From contig CBFDEM010000053.1 in the NCBI GenBank assembly GCA_965603825.1, positions 310,001 to 374,000 of the forward strand: a DNA stretch of 64,000 nucleotides, given 5' to 3'. The position numbers and the translations under genes are program-made. The stretch's first letter is position 1. Each line of letters starts with the position of its first letter. The notes below the pieces were generated by a model. That model saw nothing but the letters and a program-made list of their open reading frames with translations. It had not been told where the DNA came from and searched no databases. Below are positions 39,174 to 51,910 of the stretch, one piece after another. This DNA comes from Blepharisma stoltei ATCC 30299. Taxonomy: Eukaryota > Protista > Ciliophora.

Positions 39174-39650
39174 GTGTTAAGGTATAATATTCTTTGTGTT
39201 AATAATATTTTCCAAATTTAGGTCAGAAACAGAAATATTGTTTTCTCTCCAAGGTTAAATATAATTTAGCTTTTGATTTCGCAATTTGAATAAATAAACT
39301 GGAATATTTTGAATTAAAATAAGATTTTGACCTTTCTCTTAAAATCTCTTTCGAATTTCTTATAAATGTAAACAATTATAGCATAAGGCCAAACAAGATT
39401 CATTCTCGATATTTTTCCAAATTATTGAGTTATGATAATATAAATTCCTGGCCATTTTAGTAAGTAGTAGCTGCTTATCCTCAGCATATTCCTGTACTTT
39501 ACTTCAATCATTTCTTTTCAGTTTTGATATAACTTATTGAAAGCCAAAATAATGTAAATCAAAAGTTCCTTCTCTTCCAGTCGCTATTATTCCTAGCATT
39601 TTTTAAAATATTATTAATTTCATGCTCATTTTATTATAGCTTAACCTTAA

Positions 39651-40466
39651 TTACTCTCTATTTGCAAGTGGGACATATCGAATTGTTATCGAAATCCTTG
39701 TTTCTCTATATAAAGAGTTCACAACTTTTAAGTCTTCTTTGCAGATTGGGCATTCTTTAATTAGCTCATCTATCGGCACAGTCGGTCCAGTGTAGTTAAG
39801 AACCCTTGAAAGCTCTCCAGCTGAAGTTTGTGTATAAAACACACCACAAGAATCTGTAAAAATATAGTCAGAAGGGACATCTTCAATGCTATGCAGCATG
39901 TTATAGTATGGATTTCCTGTTCATAAGAGCAGGCTTCTTTGAGGAAGGATGATAGAAAATGCTGGGGATCGAGGCTCCATGTTTCAGAACTGAGAAACTG
40001 CGACGCTTCCAAGGCATAGTGTAGCAACTAATGGATAATATGCAGGACCATCAGTATGTGGCATAATTCCTTGTCCAGGCTGGTATTCGTTTATTAGTGC
40101 ATGATTTGGCTTATAAGGAAAAATTCTTTCATCGAATAAACGTTGTGCAAAAATATCTAAAAATTTAGGGAGAGGTTCTTGATTTTGCAAACCATCTTCT
40201 GTTACGTCTCCACCCCAAAGCTGAAGACTTCTTGTTCTTAGCCTTACTCATTTCGATTCAGGCTGATGATAAACCCCATTATTCAGTATTTTTTCTTCTA
40301 GTTCTTCAGAAATGTAATCAGGAATCAGCCAAACTTCATCGGTGACTCTATAAGGCTCTAAATTAATTTCTCCTACTACAAAATTGTCAAATTTTTCTGG
40401 AGCTGGCTTTATTATTTTTCTAGGAGCATTTAGCTTAGCTTTGATATCTTTCAAGGATAATTTCAT
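39651..40466 (-). CDS. ALKBH6: AlkB-family 2OG-Fe(II) dioxygenase, ALKBH6-like
   Basis: IPDYISEE, RSLQLWGG, NHALINEYQPGQGIMPHTDGPAY, LHSI, RISITIR; three track ORFs joined by TGA=W. Confidence 0.9.
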
Positions 40467-40506
40467 TTTATAAGATCTAATTAGTAATCAAAATGAATAG
40501 TTATAA

Positions 40507-42399
40507 TTAAAGTCCATCCGGGTATTTTACTTTAAACCATGGGTGCTCTAAAGCTTCCTTTGCAGTTGGCCTGGCGTCTCTGTCAATTTCTAATAATTTT
40601 CCAACAAAATCTAAAAACACTTCATCATCAGTTCTCAGCCTTGCTTTTAAGCTTGATTTTTTAGGCACTAGTAAATGAATTTTTGTGACGGATGAAGTTG
40701 GGGTAAATGATTCGTCTTTATCCTCTTCAACTACTCTATAAAGAATCCTATCATCTGTAAAGAAATGCTTGATTAATTTGCCAGTTTTAAATACATCTTC
40801 TGGGAATGGTCCAATAATCCCCATAACACGAGCTAATAGGCCTTGGACACTATCATTTTGGAATAATACATTTCCTGTAAATAATTCTGCTACAATGCAG
40901 CCTAGTGACCAAATATCAATTTTGCTATCATACCTACATCCCAAAATGACCTCTGGCGCTCTATATGAGCGAGATTGGACATAAGAACTCAAATGATCAT
41001 GTATAAAGCAACTGCTTCCAAAATCAATCACTTTTACCTCACATCTTGAATAAGACTTCATCAAAATGTTTTCTGGCTTTAAATCACAATGTATTAAGTG
41101 CAACGAATGGACATATTCAAGCGCTATCAAAATTTGTTGAGTCACTCTTTGGAGCCTGCCTAAGTTAAAGTAGAGCTCAGCTTCATGATCTCTGTTGTAT
41201 CTCGAAAACTCATATAAATTATCCCTTAAAAGCTCTGTCACAATAAATAAATGTTCTTTATGATAAAAGTAATCAATGACTTTCAAGAAGTTTGTCTTAT
41301 CAGGATCTGCATTGCAATTGATAAGTCTCAAAATTTTAATTTCATCTAAGCTTTGATCGACATAATCCTTATTATTTTCTATCACTTTTACACATACAAG
41401 CTGTTTCGTCAGCATGTCTAAGCATTGCAGCGCCTTGCTGAAAGCTGCAGAACCTAAATATTCAATGACTTGATATCTCCCAGCAATAACACTATCAATA
41501 ATAACAGGAAAATCTTTGGTTTCTTCAAACCCAGTTCGTTCTCTGTCGTAAATGACTTTTAAATGATAGCAATCATAAGTCACATTTTCATATTCCAAAG
41601 GGTACATACTTTCATCTGATGGTGGGAATATTAATTCAGCTGGCAATAGTGAGTTTGGCCCAGCAGGCTTAATTCCACCTTTAGGTGTTCTTGGCTTGAG
41701 CAGTTTTTTAGGGCAGGAAGCTCGCTGTGGAAACCCATATTTTTGGGCTAATTGTTTGCTTACATAGACTAAGTCTTCTTCATTGCATTGGTAGAGCTCG
41801 AAACCAGGGTCATCATCATTTTCATATTCATCATCAATTATCTTAGAAACTTCTTTACTTTTTGGCTCTTCCCTCACATCAGAAGTTTCAAAAATCTCAT
41901 CCTGGGAAAGCTGAGATTTTATTTCGCTTGTCTTGCTCTCATGAACTGAATTATTGCTACTTCCTTGTCCAAAACAAGGGAGGTCTTCTTCTGAGGATTC
42001 AAGATTTTTGTTGCTTTCAGCTGCAACTGATGATTGATTTTGGCTCTCATTTTCAAAAAATAATTGTTCAGCACATTTTACCATTTTGTGAAAGGCTCGG
42101 AGGTTTAGCAAGGAATCAAAGCCTTTTGACATTTCTTGGTATTCACTTACAGCTGGGCTTGAAATTATCCGTGACATGAGGTTTTCCATAACGTCTTCAT
42201 TTTCTGGAGCAATTCCTGTGTGGGAATTTTGATTTTCTTTATTTTGAAGGGAGGTGAGGATGTGGGATAAAAGTTTTTTGGCAGACTCAGCGTTGTTGAG
42301 CTTGGGAGATGATGATTTTAAGGTTTGACGGAGGAGATAAGCTGAACGGTGCAGGCCTTTTGTTTCAAGATAGTCAGAAATTGCGTCGAATATTTCCAT
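40507..42399 (-). CDS. DYRK-related CMGC kinase with LisH-like N-terminus
   Basis: GSAAFS, HCDLKPEN, DFGSSCF, SYVQSRSYRAPE. Confidence 0.93.
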   Translation of the reverse strand: MEIFDAISDYLETKGLHRSAYLLRQTLKSSSPKLNNAESAKKLLSHILTSLQNKENQNSHTGIAPENEDVMENLMSRIISSPAVSEYQEMSKGFDSLLNLRAFHKMVKCAEQLFFENESQNQSSVAAESNKNLESSEEDLPCFGQGSSNNSVHESKTSEIKSQLSQDEIFETSDVREEPKSKEVSKIIDDEYENDDDPGFELYQCNEEDLVYVSKQLAQKYGFPQRASCPKKLLKPRTPKGGIKPAGPNSLLPAELIFPPSDESMYPLEYENVTYDCYHLKVIYDRERTGFEETKDFPVIIDSVIAGRYQVIEYLGSAAFSKALQCLDMLTKQLVCVKVIENNKDYVDQSLDEIKILRLINCNADPDKTNFLKVIDYFYHKEHLFIVTELLRDNLYEFSRYNRDHEAELYFNLGRLQRVTQQILIALEYVHSLHLIHCDLKPENILMKSYSRCEVKVIDFGSSCFIHDHLSSYVQSRSYRAPEVILGCRYDSKIDIWSLGCIVAELFTGNVLFQNDSVQGLLARVMGIIGPFPEDVFKTGKLIKHFFTDDRILYRVVEEDKDESFTPTSSVTKIHLLVPKKSSLKARLRTDDEVFLDFVGKLLEIDRDARPTAKEALEHPWFKVKYPDGL

Positions 42400-42651
42400 A
42401 TTCTTATGAACCTCTTTTAAATATTTTTTTAATAGGATGATGTTCTAATTAATAAGCTGCATGAAATATTTATTAATTTTTTATATCATAAGAATAGGAA
42501 AAGAAGTTATAAATAATAGTCTTTAAAGAAATTAAAAATTGTGCTTTCAAATCAGACTCTATCTACTTTTGATTTTAACCCAGATTCCATGATTTTTTTC
42601 TTTGCACTTTAACAATACTTCTTTATCTATCAGCAAACCTCATATTTGTAA

Positions 42652-45316
42652 ATGGAACAAAAAGTTTTTTCTATTCAAGGAATGACATGTACCACTTGCT
42701 CAAATACCCTTTTCAAGTAATTTTCACCTTAGTGGTCTCTCAAGACTTCCAGGAATTGAGCACGTTTCTGTGTGTCTTTTAACTGAAAAAGTTCTCCTTA
42801 AAGGTCGAAATCTAAATCCCGATAAGATCAAATTAACAATAGAAAATTTAGGCTTCGATGTAACTCCTATTTAGTGCAATGAAATAAAAGAGTGAAATAT
42901 CTTGGATGGAGAGGTCACTTTTGAATTAATTGGAAGTGAACTTATAAATAAAAGCAAAATTCAAAGTGTATTAAAAAAGAAAAATGGTATATCAGACGTT
43001 GAGTTTTTAGAAAAACCGAATTTAATTAAAGTTTTGTATGTGGCTGATGCGATTAAAGCTAGAGAAATTGCTTATTTTCTTGAAGATGCTACGAATATGA
43101 AAATTAGTGTATATAATGAAAACTCAAGAAAAGGGGAACTAATAGAGAAACAACATAAAACAATGAGAATATGGCTGAAAGAATTTTTGGGTAGCTTGAT
43201 ATTTACAATACCGATTTTTATTTTAGGAATTGCAGTTACACAACTTGTAGATAGCGATAATTTGGAAAAAGAAAGGACTGGAGATAGTCTTCCTGCTTGT
43301 AATTTAGCTATGTGGTTTTTGGCAACTCCTGTACAATTTTGATTTGGGCTTAGATTTTATAAAGGAAGCTACAAATCATTAAAAAGCGGAATCGCAAATA
43401 TGGATGTTTTAATTGTATTAGGAACTTCATCAGCATATATATATGGTGCTATAATGAATATGCTTTATATTTTTGATTATCAGTCTGATACTAACATGCA
43501 TTATATAGAAGCTTCCCATAGTTTTGAGACTTCTTCCCTCTTAATTTCTATTATTTTATTAGGAAAATACCTTGAAAGCCGATCAAAACATAAAACTACA
43601 GACGCAATTACAAAACTAGCAAACCTTCAGATATCAAGCGCAGTTTTATTAGAAAATGGAACTGAAAGAGAAGTAGATTTAGCTTTATTAGAAGTAGGAA
43701 ATATAGTAAAAGTGTACCCAGGATCTTCTATACCAGTAGATGGGATTGTTATTGAAGGGGACGCATGAGTCAACGAAGCCATGATGACTGGTGAAAGCTC
43801 ACTTGTCAATAAAACTAAAAATTCCAATGTATTCGGAGGTACAATTGTTAACACTGGTGTAATTTTAGTAGAAATAAAAAAGCTTGGCAAAGACTCAGCC
43901 TTGGCCCAAATAATTGATTTAGTCGAAAACGCCCAATCCACTAAGCCAGCTATTCAAAAATTTGCTGATAAAATTTCTAGGATTTTTGTTCCTTGTGTAG
44001 TATTGTTTGCTATAATTACTTGAATTGTATGGTTTTGTTTAGTTTATGGTGAAAATCATAATGCTATTCATATGATGAATAAAATAAATGAATGTAAGTT
44101 TGTTTTTGCCTTTAAATTTGGAATTTCTGTATTGATAATAGCTTGTCCTTGCGCTTTAGGTCTTGCTGTTCCTACAGTTATTATGGTAGCTACAGGTGTG
44201 GCAACTCGTTATGGGATATTAATTAAAGATGGAGAGTCATTAGAAAACGCAGCTAAAATCAAAACCATCGTTTTTGATAAAACAGGGACTTTGACTAGTG
44301 GCAAACCCAAGGTTAAAGAATTTATTATGCTGTTAGCTGATTACAATGAAGCAAATGTTAGAGAATTAGTCGCTTCAGTTGAAGCTAATAGTGAACATCC
44401 TGTAGCTAAAGCAATATGTGAAGGCATTAAAAATGTAAAAAAATGCCAGAATTTTCATAATATTGAAGGAGAAGGAGTCACAGGTATAGTAGATAACAAA
44501 GACATTTATGTAGGGAACACAAAATTAATGGAAAGATTTAAAATCCAAGTTGATGGAAAAATCACCAAAATTAAAGAAAATTTCGAAAATAAAGGCCAAA
44601 CTGTGGTTTTTGCAGCTACAAATAGGCAGATTTTAAGCTTAATCGTGTTAGAAGATCAAGATTTGGTTAGACCTGAAGCTCCAATAGTAGTCAAAGAGCT
44701 TAAAACACTTGGCTATGCTGTATGGATGATAACAGGTGACAATGAAAGATGCGCAAAAAGAGTGGCTGAAGCTGTAGGCATTCCTATATGCAATGTCTTA
44801 GCTAATTGCTATCCAGCAGACAAAAAATCTAAGGTTGAGGAGCTGCAGTATCAAAATTTATATAAAAAACGAACTAAAAGCGTAATAACTACAACGGATG
44901 TGGAAGACTCATCAGCCAAACTGACTAATAAAGCATCCTATGGAGGTGTTTTATTTGTAGGAGATGGAATAAATGACTCTCCTTCTCTTGCTCAAGCTGA
45001 TATTGGGATCGCTATTGGAGGTACTGACATTGCCATTGATGCTGCCAGTATTGTTCTATTAAAAAATGACTTAAAAGATGTACTGATAGCCCTTGATTTG
45101 ACTTCAGTCGCGTTGAGGAGGATTAAATACAATTTTTTCTGGACTTTTATCTATAATATCATAGGAATCCCTATGGCAGCTGGTGTAATATATATGAAGA
45201 CTGGGGTTTATATTGATTCTATTATGGCTGCAGCTACGATGGCTTGTTCATCTATTGCTGTCATTTTTTCTTCACTTTGGCTGAATAGATATAAGCCCCC
45301 AAAATTTCGTAATTAG
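42652..45316 (+). CDS. P1B-type copper-transporting ATPase (ATP7/CCC2-like)
   Basis: GMTCTTC HMA motif, [34 protein letters not shown] and MxxSS; introns 42717-42732 (16 nt) and 42860-42874 (15 nt). Confidence 0.95.
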
Positions 45317-45383
45317 CAAATTAATGATTTATATTAAATAATTGTTTAAAGCTTAAAAGCTTCTTCTAATTTAGTCCTAAAGT

Positions 45384-46856
45384 TTAAAGCTTACTTTGGT
45401 GCACTGGTAGCCTAAGGGCTTGAGATATTTTTGTTCCATACTCAGGATCGCAATTATAAAAATATTCACATTCTTTTTCCAAAATATGCCTTTTTGTGAC
45501 ATTTTTCATGCTTTCATACAAATTCGTAATTAATTCATCTTTTTCGATACCTTTGAAAACTCTCCGATAAAGTATTCCAGGCTGCTCAAAATCACTTGTA
45601 GCATATCTTAATCTATGAACCATGGCTTCTCCTTGGACTTTAAATTCTTTCATTTTATACTCGTTATCTTCTTTAGGTGTGTCATTTACTGTGTTTGGCT
45701 CATAGCTTACATCTTTTCCACCATTTTTTGTAATCGACATCATCCCATCCCTCATATAATTATGAACTCTTGCCATATGAGGAAAGTTAATAGGAATACT
45801 TCCAAAATTTCCTCCAAGTCTATATCTTTGTGCATCAGAATAAGAAAAAATTCTGGCTTGCAGCATTCTATCATTAGAAGCCTCAATTCCAGGGACCATA
45901 TTAGCAGGGCTAAAAGCTGATTGTTCGACCTCAAAAAAATAATTTGTAGGATTTCTATTAAGAACTACTCTTCCTACCTCAATTAATGGATAATCTGAAT
46001 GTGGCCATACTTTTGTGTCGTCATAAATATCTCACTTATAATGTAAACCTTCTTCAAAAGGGATAACTTGGACTGAAAATTTTCATATAGCTTCTTTTCC
46101 TTGTGAAATGTAATTAAATAAGTCTCTGGTAGCATAGTCAGGGTCTTCTCCCATAATTTTTTCTGCTTCTTTACTAGATAAATTTTTCGTTCCAATTTCA
46201 GTGTGAAAATGGAATTTTACAAAAAAATCTTCGCCTTTAGAATTTACTCATTTATAAGTATTTGTACCGTAGCCATTCATGTGGCGATATCCGTCTGGAA
46301 TTCCTCTTGGTCCAAAAATATAGGTTAAGTGGTGAACTGATTCATGAACTAAGCTTAAGAAATCTCAAAACATGTCGTAGTTTTTACAATTTGTAGAGGG
46401 GTCTTTTTTGTGTATGTGTTGCCATTCTGGAAAGTAGACTGGCTTTCTTATACCGAAAATAGGAGAACTATTTCCTACAAAATCCCAGTTTCCTTCTTCT
46501 GTGTAAAATTTAATTGAAAATCCTCTTAAATCCCTTTCAGTTTCTGCAGATCCACGTTCTCCACTGCTAGTTGAAAATCTTGCAAAAACTGGGGTCTTTT
46601 TGCCTAATTTTTCGAGAAATTTTGCTTTACAATATTTAGTCACATCATTAGTGACCTCAAAAAATCCATAAGCTCCAGCCCCTCTTGCATGGACTGGGCG
46701 TTCAGGGATTCTTTCTCTTCCAAAACTAGCCAATTTATCAATTAAATGTGAATCTTCTAATAAAATTGGCCCTTTTCTTCCAGCTGTTTCTGAATTTTGA
46801 TTGTCATCTACTGGGTGACCCCATCCTGTTGTTAAGATTATAGGTTTTTTGGGCAT
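45384..46856 (-). CDS. CAT: Monofunctional heme catalase with peroxisomal PTS1 (-SKL)
   Basis: [45 protein letters not shown]; continuous frame with TGA=W; ends HQSKL. Confidence 0.96.
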
Positions 46857-46897
46857 TTTTAATTATTGAAATGATATTGCATTATTTAAAAATATTT

Positions 46898-48027
46898 TTA
46901 CTTACCTTTAATATCTTTCAATTTTTTAAAATTTTTGTGTTTCAAATCAAATTTATAAAGCATCAGCTTCGCCTTATAAGACAAGCTTATAAAAACTGAT
47001 CCATCATTGAATTTTTTGAATGGAAACATAGAAAATTCATAATTAAAATTTCCAATCTTATTTCATTCATAGTCATTATCTATTTCACTCTCATAAATGA
47101 AATTAGAATTCTGAAAAATATATAATCTTGACCCTCCTGAAAATATTCCTTTATATGTATCTAAATCAAGATCTTCTAAATAAAGATCTGAATGGCTTTC
47201 AATATTTAAATCATATTTAAATATATTTGATACATGGCGGCCACTAATAATTATAGAATTTTTAAAGATTTCCATAGAGCAATGAGTAATTACCACTGAA
47301 GTTGAAGGTAACTTAAATCACTTATTTTGAAGTAAATCAAGCTTAAATGCAATAGGTATATTATCAATATAATTAGTTCCCCCAAACATATAGATGCAAT
47401 TTTCATAATAAATACATGATGAGTTTCAAAAGTAAGGGGAAGGGGTTAAATTTCTTTTAACAGTAAGAGATTTCAAATCTATTATACAGCAAATCCCATC
47501 ATGAGCTCTACCATTGTGGCAACAGAACAGTTCAAGATTCGGAAGCTGAACTAGGCATGAATCACTGGTTAACCGTTTTTCAGTGCCTACTGCGATATCG
47601 TTTGATTTTTGGGTTTTTGTGTCATAAATAATTATTTTCGAGGTCTTTTCTACGAACGCGTATTTAAACCCTATACATACTTGGAGTCAAAAATAAAATT
47701 ATTTTTAAAATCGCAAATTTTTTGTGTAATTGCGCCAATTTTTGCAGTGATCTTATTACATAGTGTATTGATTTCATTATTTATTTCACATAAAAATATT
47801 ATTTCATTGTCGAGTTTTTTGTAATTATTTAGCTTTTCTAACTCTTCTTCTACAATAAGTATTTTATAACTAAATTCTTCTAGCCTGGAAGAGTTTCACT
47901 TTAAGGATTCATAGTCTAATAATAAATCTTGGAATTTTTCTTTAAATATTTTGATGTCTGTAAGTTGCTTTTTCAAATTTTCAATTACTTTATCAGTTTT
48001 TTCTAAATCTGATCTTCTTCGTTTCAT
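46898..48027 (-). pseudogene. Coiled-coil + kelch-like propeller gene, copy A (divergent; one frameshift near 47672)
   Basis: MKRRRSDLE start; SCLVQLPN, IYMFGG, FIYESEID; a 1-nt deletion in DSKYV(Y)GF shifts the frame. Confidence 0.7.
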
Positions 48028-48548
48028 TATATTTTTCAATGAATTATTAATATTTTTTATAAACTTTGTTTAATTAATTAAATAAGGCTAGCAATCCAAT
48101 TTTTTTTTAAAAAAATTTGATATATAAAACTTGAAAGCATTATCTAATAGTAATTGAATTAGTATAGGATTAGATGAAACAATTTTTATAAATGCTTTTT
48201 TTTAAAATCGTTGTAAAATGCATTTAACCCCGGTTTGCGATCCAAAAAATTATAGCTAGTAATTCAAAATTTTTAATTTACGAAATTATTATAATAAAAT
48301 ATGATTTTTTAATTGCATACCTCGACTTAAGCAAGCATAGAAACTTCACATAGTTCGGAAACAAATTTGCATACTTATCCAGAATATTTTTAGTTTGCTA
48401 ATTCTTGCTCATGCAAATGATATTTATTTTTAAATTCTTGTTTAATTGATGAAATTAGAGCTTTTTCCAATCTAGATTTGATCTTTTCCTTTAAACATAT
48501 AATTTTAAACTGGCACATTAAATGTTTTATATTAATAAATAATAAATT

Positions 48549-49661
48549 TTAATAATATTTAAGATCTTTCGTCATTTTAAATGTTTTAGATTTTAAGTCA
48601 AATCTATAACCTTTTAGTCCACTTCCAGAAGACATTGTGACAAAAACAGAGCCATTCCTGTACTTTTTGAAAGGTATTTTATAAAATCTGAAGTTGAATT
48701 TTCCAATCTTTTGCCAAACATATTCGTTATCAATTTCGCTCTCATGAAGAAATCTATTGCTCTCAAAGATATATGCTCTTGAATTTGCCGAAATAATCCC
48801 AACGCTGCCTCATGCTGCTGAAATATATAAATCTATAGTTGAGTAACTTTCAATTTCAAAGTCATATTTAAATATACTTCCTTCGCAGTTTCCAACAAGC
48901 AATAAGGATTTTTTAAAAATTTCTAAGCAATATTGTTGATGATTTTCTAAAATTGAAGGGAATTTAATTCACTTATCGTTAAGTAAATCAAATTTAAGTG
49001 CTTTATACTTTGAGGGACAATTTCCAAAAACATAAATATAATTTTTATAATAAACGCATGAAGGATTATATAATAAATGGGCATTCGGTAAATATCTTTT
49101 AACTGTAAAAGATTTTAAATCAATAATGTAGCTGCTGTTACATGTCATATCTCTACTATTGAAATGATAAAAGACCTCAGAGCTGGGAAGTTGGGCAAGG
49201 CATGATTCACTATGCTTAGTATCAATATCAAAATCAATATTTATTTTATTTCATTTTCGAGCTTTGATGTCATACAAGCCAAGATAATAAGTCTTTTTTG
49301 TTCCTCTGAAATTAAAATAGTATAAGAACCTTGAATCAAAATCCAATTGCTCATGAAATTCATAAAATTTATTAGAAACTCCATTTATTTCATTTTCCAA
49401 GTTAAAACACTGCGCAGCAACATTGCTATCAATTTCACATACATATTTTAATTCATTGCCAAATATCTTTAACTTTTCTAACTCTTCCTCAAGCGAAAGT
49501 ACTTTTTTATGAAACTCTTCTGATTCATAGTAATTTAAAAATCTTGACGAGTAATCTGACAATAAATGCTCGAGTTTTTCTTTAATTTCTATAAGTTTTT
49601 TATTCCTTTCTTCAATTATACTATATGAATTTTCAAGATCTGATCTTTTCCGTTTAGGCAT
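48549..49661 (-). CDS. Coiled-coil + kelch-like propeller protein, copy B (370 aa)
   Basis: Open with TGA=W; CLAQLP, CVYYKNYIYVFG, KFDLLNDKW, IFKYDFEIESYS. Confidence 0.85.
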
Positions 49662-50163
49662 TCTAAATAGTTTATCATATTGCATTTTTTCTGCATAATT
49701 GCTTAAAAAAGTCGAACAATCTTCTTAATTTAAAAGTATTTTGACATCCTAAAAGAATGATATTTTTTATAGCCTTTAAAATTTAAACTATTTAATGTGA
49801 TTCATTAAAGTCAGTACTTTATTTCAAATTAACAAATCAAATCGATAAATAGTTAAATCCCTATCTCTTTAAAATGAAATAAATACTTTTTCATTGTCTA
49901 GTATTCAGTTTTTTATAGCTATGAAATCGATCAATGAGTGCTAAAAATGAATATTATGTTGTTAAAATATCATTAAACATATTTATTGGTCTTATATTTT
50001 TAATTAACAGAAAAAAAATTATTAGTAAAATAATAAATAAAACATTAATAATACACTAATTAGAATGGCTATTCATAAAATCAGATCTTTCGAGCTTATC
50101 TTTGCGATTGTAATAAATTCATAAAAATGAGCATTAAATTTTTATATTAATCTTAAATAAATT

Positions 50164-51270
50164 TTAATCTTTAATATCTTTCATCATTTTAAATGTTTTG
50201 GATTTTAATTCAAATCTATAAACCCGAAGTCCATTTCCAGAAGGCATTGTGATAAGAATAGAAGCATTCACGTACTTTTTGCAAAGAACATCATAAAATC
50301 TGAAGTTGAATTTTCCAATCTTTTGCCAAACATATTCGTTATCAATTTCGCTCTCATGAAGAAAGCTACTGCTCTCAAAGATATATGCTCTTGAATTGGC
50401 TGAAATAACCCCAACGCCACCTCATGCTGGTGAAAATTCTAAGTCTATAATTGAGTAACTTTCTATTTCAAAGTCATATTTAAATATTTTACCATCGCAG
50501 TTTCCAACAAGCAATAAACATTTTTTAAAAATTTCTAAGCAATATTGTTGAAGATTTTCTAAAATCGTAGGTAATTTAATTCACTTATCTTTTAGTAAAT
50601 CAAATTTAAGAGCTCTTTGCTTTAAGTCACGACATCCAAAAACATAAATATAATTTTCATAATAAACACATATCGGGTAACCTAATTCACGTATGTTAGG
50701 TAAGTATCTTTTAACTGTGAAAGATTTTAAATCAATAATGCAGCTACTATTAGATATCATATCTTTATTATTGAAATGATAAAAGAGCTCTGATCTGGGT
50801 AGCTGAGCTTGGCATGATCTACTATGCCTACCAATATCAAAATCTATATTTATTTTATTTCATTTTCGAGGTTTAATATCATATAAGCCAAGGTAATAGC
50901 TCTTTTTTGTTCCTCTGGAATTAAAATAGTATACGAATCTTGAATCAAAATCCAATTGCTCTTGAAATTCATAAAATTTATTAGAAATTTCATTTATTTC
51001 ATTTTCCAAGTTAAAACACTGCACGGCAACATCGCTATTAACTTCACATACGTATTTTAATTCATTGTCCAATATCTTTAACTTTTCTATCTCTTCCTGG
51101 AGCAAAAGCACTTTTTTATGAAACCCTTCTGAGTTATAGCAATTTAAGAATCTTGATGAGTAATCTGTCAATAAGTTTTCGAGTTTTTCTTTAATTTCTA
51201 TAAGTTTTTTATTCCTCTCTTCAATTATACTATATGAATTTTCAAGATCTGATCTTTTCCGTTTAAGCAT
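50164..51270 (-). CDS. Coiled-coil + kelch-like propeller protein, copy C (368 aa)
   Basis: Close paralog of copy B; start and stop in the same frame with TGA=W. Confidence 0.85.
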
Positions 51271-51910
51271 TTATTTTTATAAATGTCTTTTATATAGCAT
51301 TTTTTCTGCATGATTGGTAAATAAAATCAATCAATTTTTTTTAACTGTAAAAGTATTTTAGCCATCTAAAAGAATGAAAGAGTAGCATAAGATACTTAAA
51401 ATTCGCTTTCATCAAATACTTATTGGTATAATGTATATATCAGTGTATTTATTAAATTTTGCAAAATAGATTTCTATTATCTAATTTTTGAAATTTTAAA
51501 TTTATTAACATTACTAATGTAATATTTTTTTATTAATTTAAAATATAAATTTTTGATTCATTGAGCTGCTTCATTAAAATAGCCTGCTGCTTTTATATTC
51601 AATTTGCCAAATCAAATCGGTAAATAGTTAAATCGCTATCTCATTAAAATGAATGAATAGTTTTCCATATTATCTAGTATTCAGTTTTCTTGTAATTATT
51701 AAAATCGATCTATGAGTGCTAAAAATGAATGATATGCTATCGTCGGTCTCTTATCCTTAAAGCATATTATATCTTTAATTAATATAAACAATATTATTAA
51801 TTGATGAAAGTATAAAATAATAAATAAACCTTATTAATGCACTAATTGAGAATAACTATTCATAAAGTTAGATCTTTAGAACTTATCTTTGTGATTATAA
51901 TAAATAAAAA

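Noticed and set aside
39240-39600. Possible minus-strand gene between the hypothetical ORF and ALKBH6
   Set aside because: Only short frames with TAA stops; no recognisable motif or intron rescue
35554-46856. TGA as selenocysteine in the redox genes
   Set aside because: TGA codons fall at Trp positions; the MsrA catalytic residue is an ordinary Cys codon; no SECIS recognised
35554-46856. Functional oxidative-stress cluster (MsrA, OXR1, Cu-ATPase, catalase)
   Set aside because: Interleaved with unrelated genes (RPB4, DYRK, ALKBH6); cannot be distinguished from chance in one window
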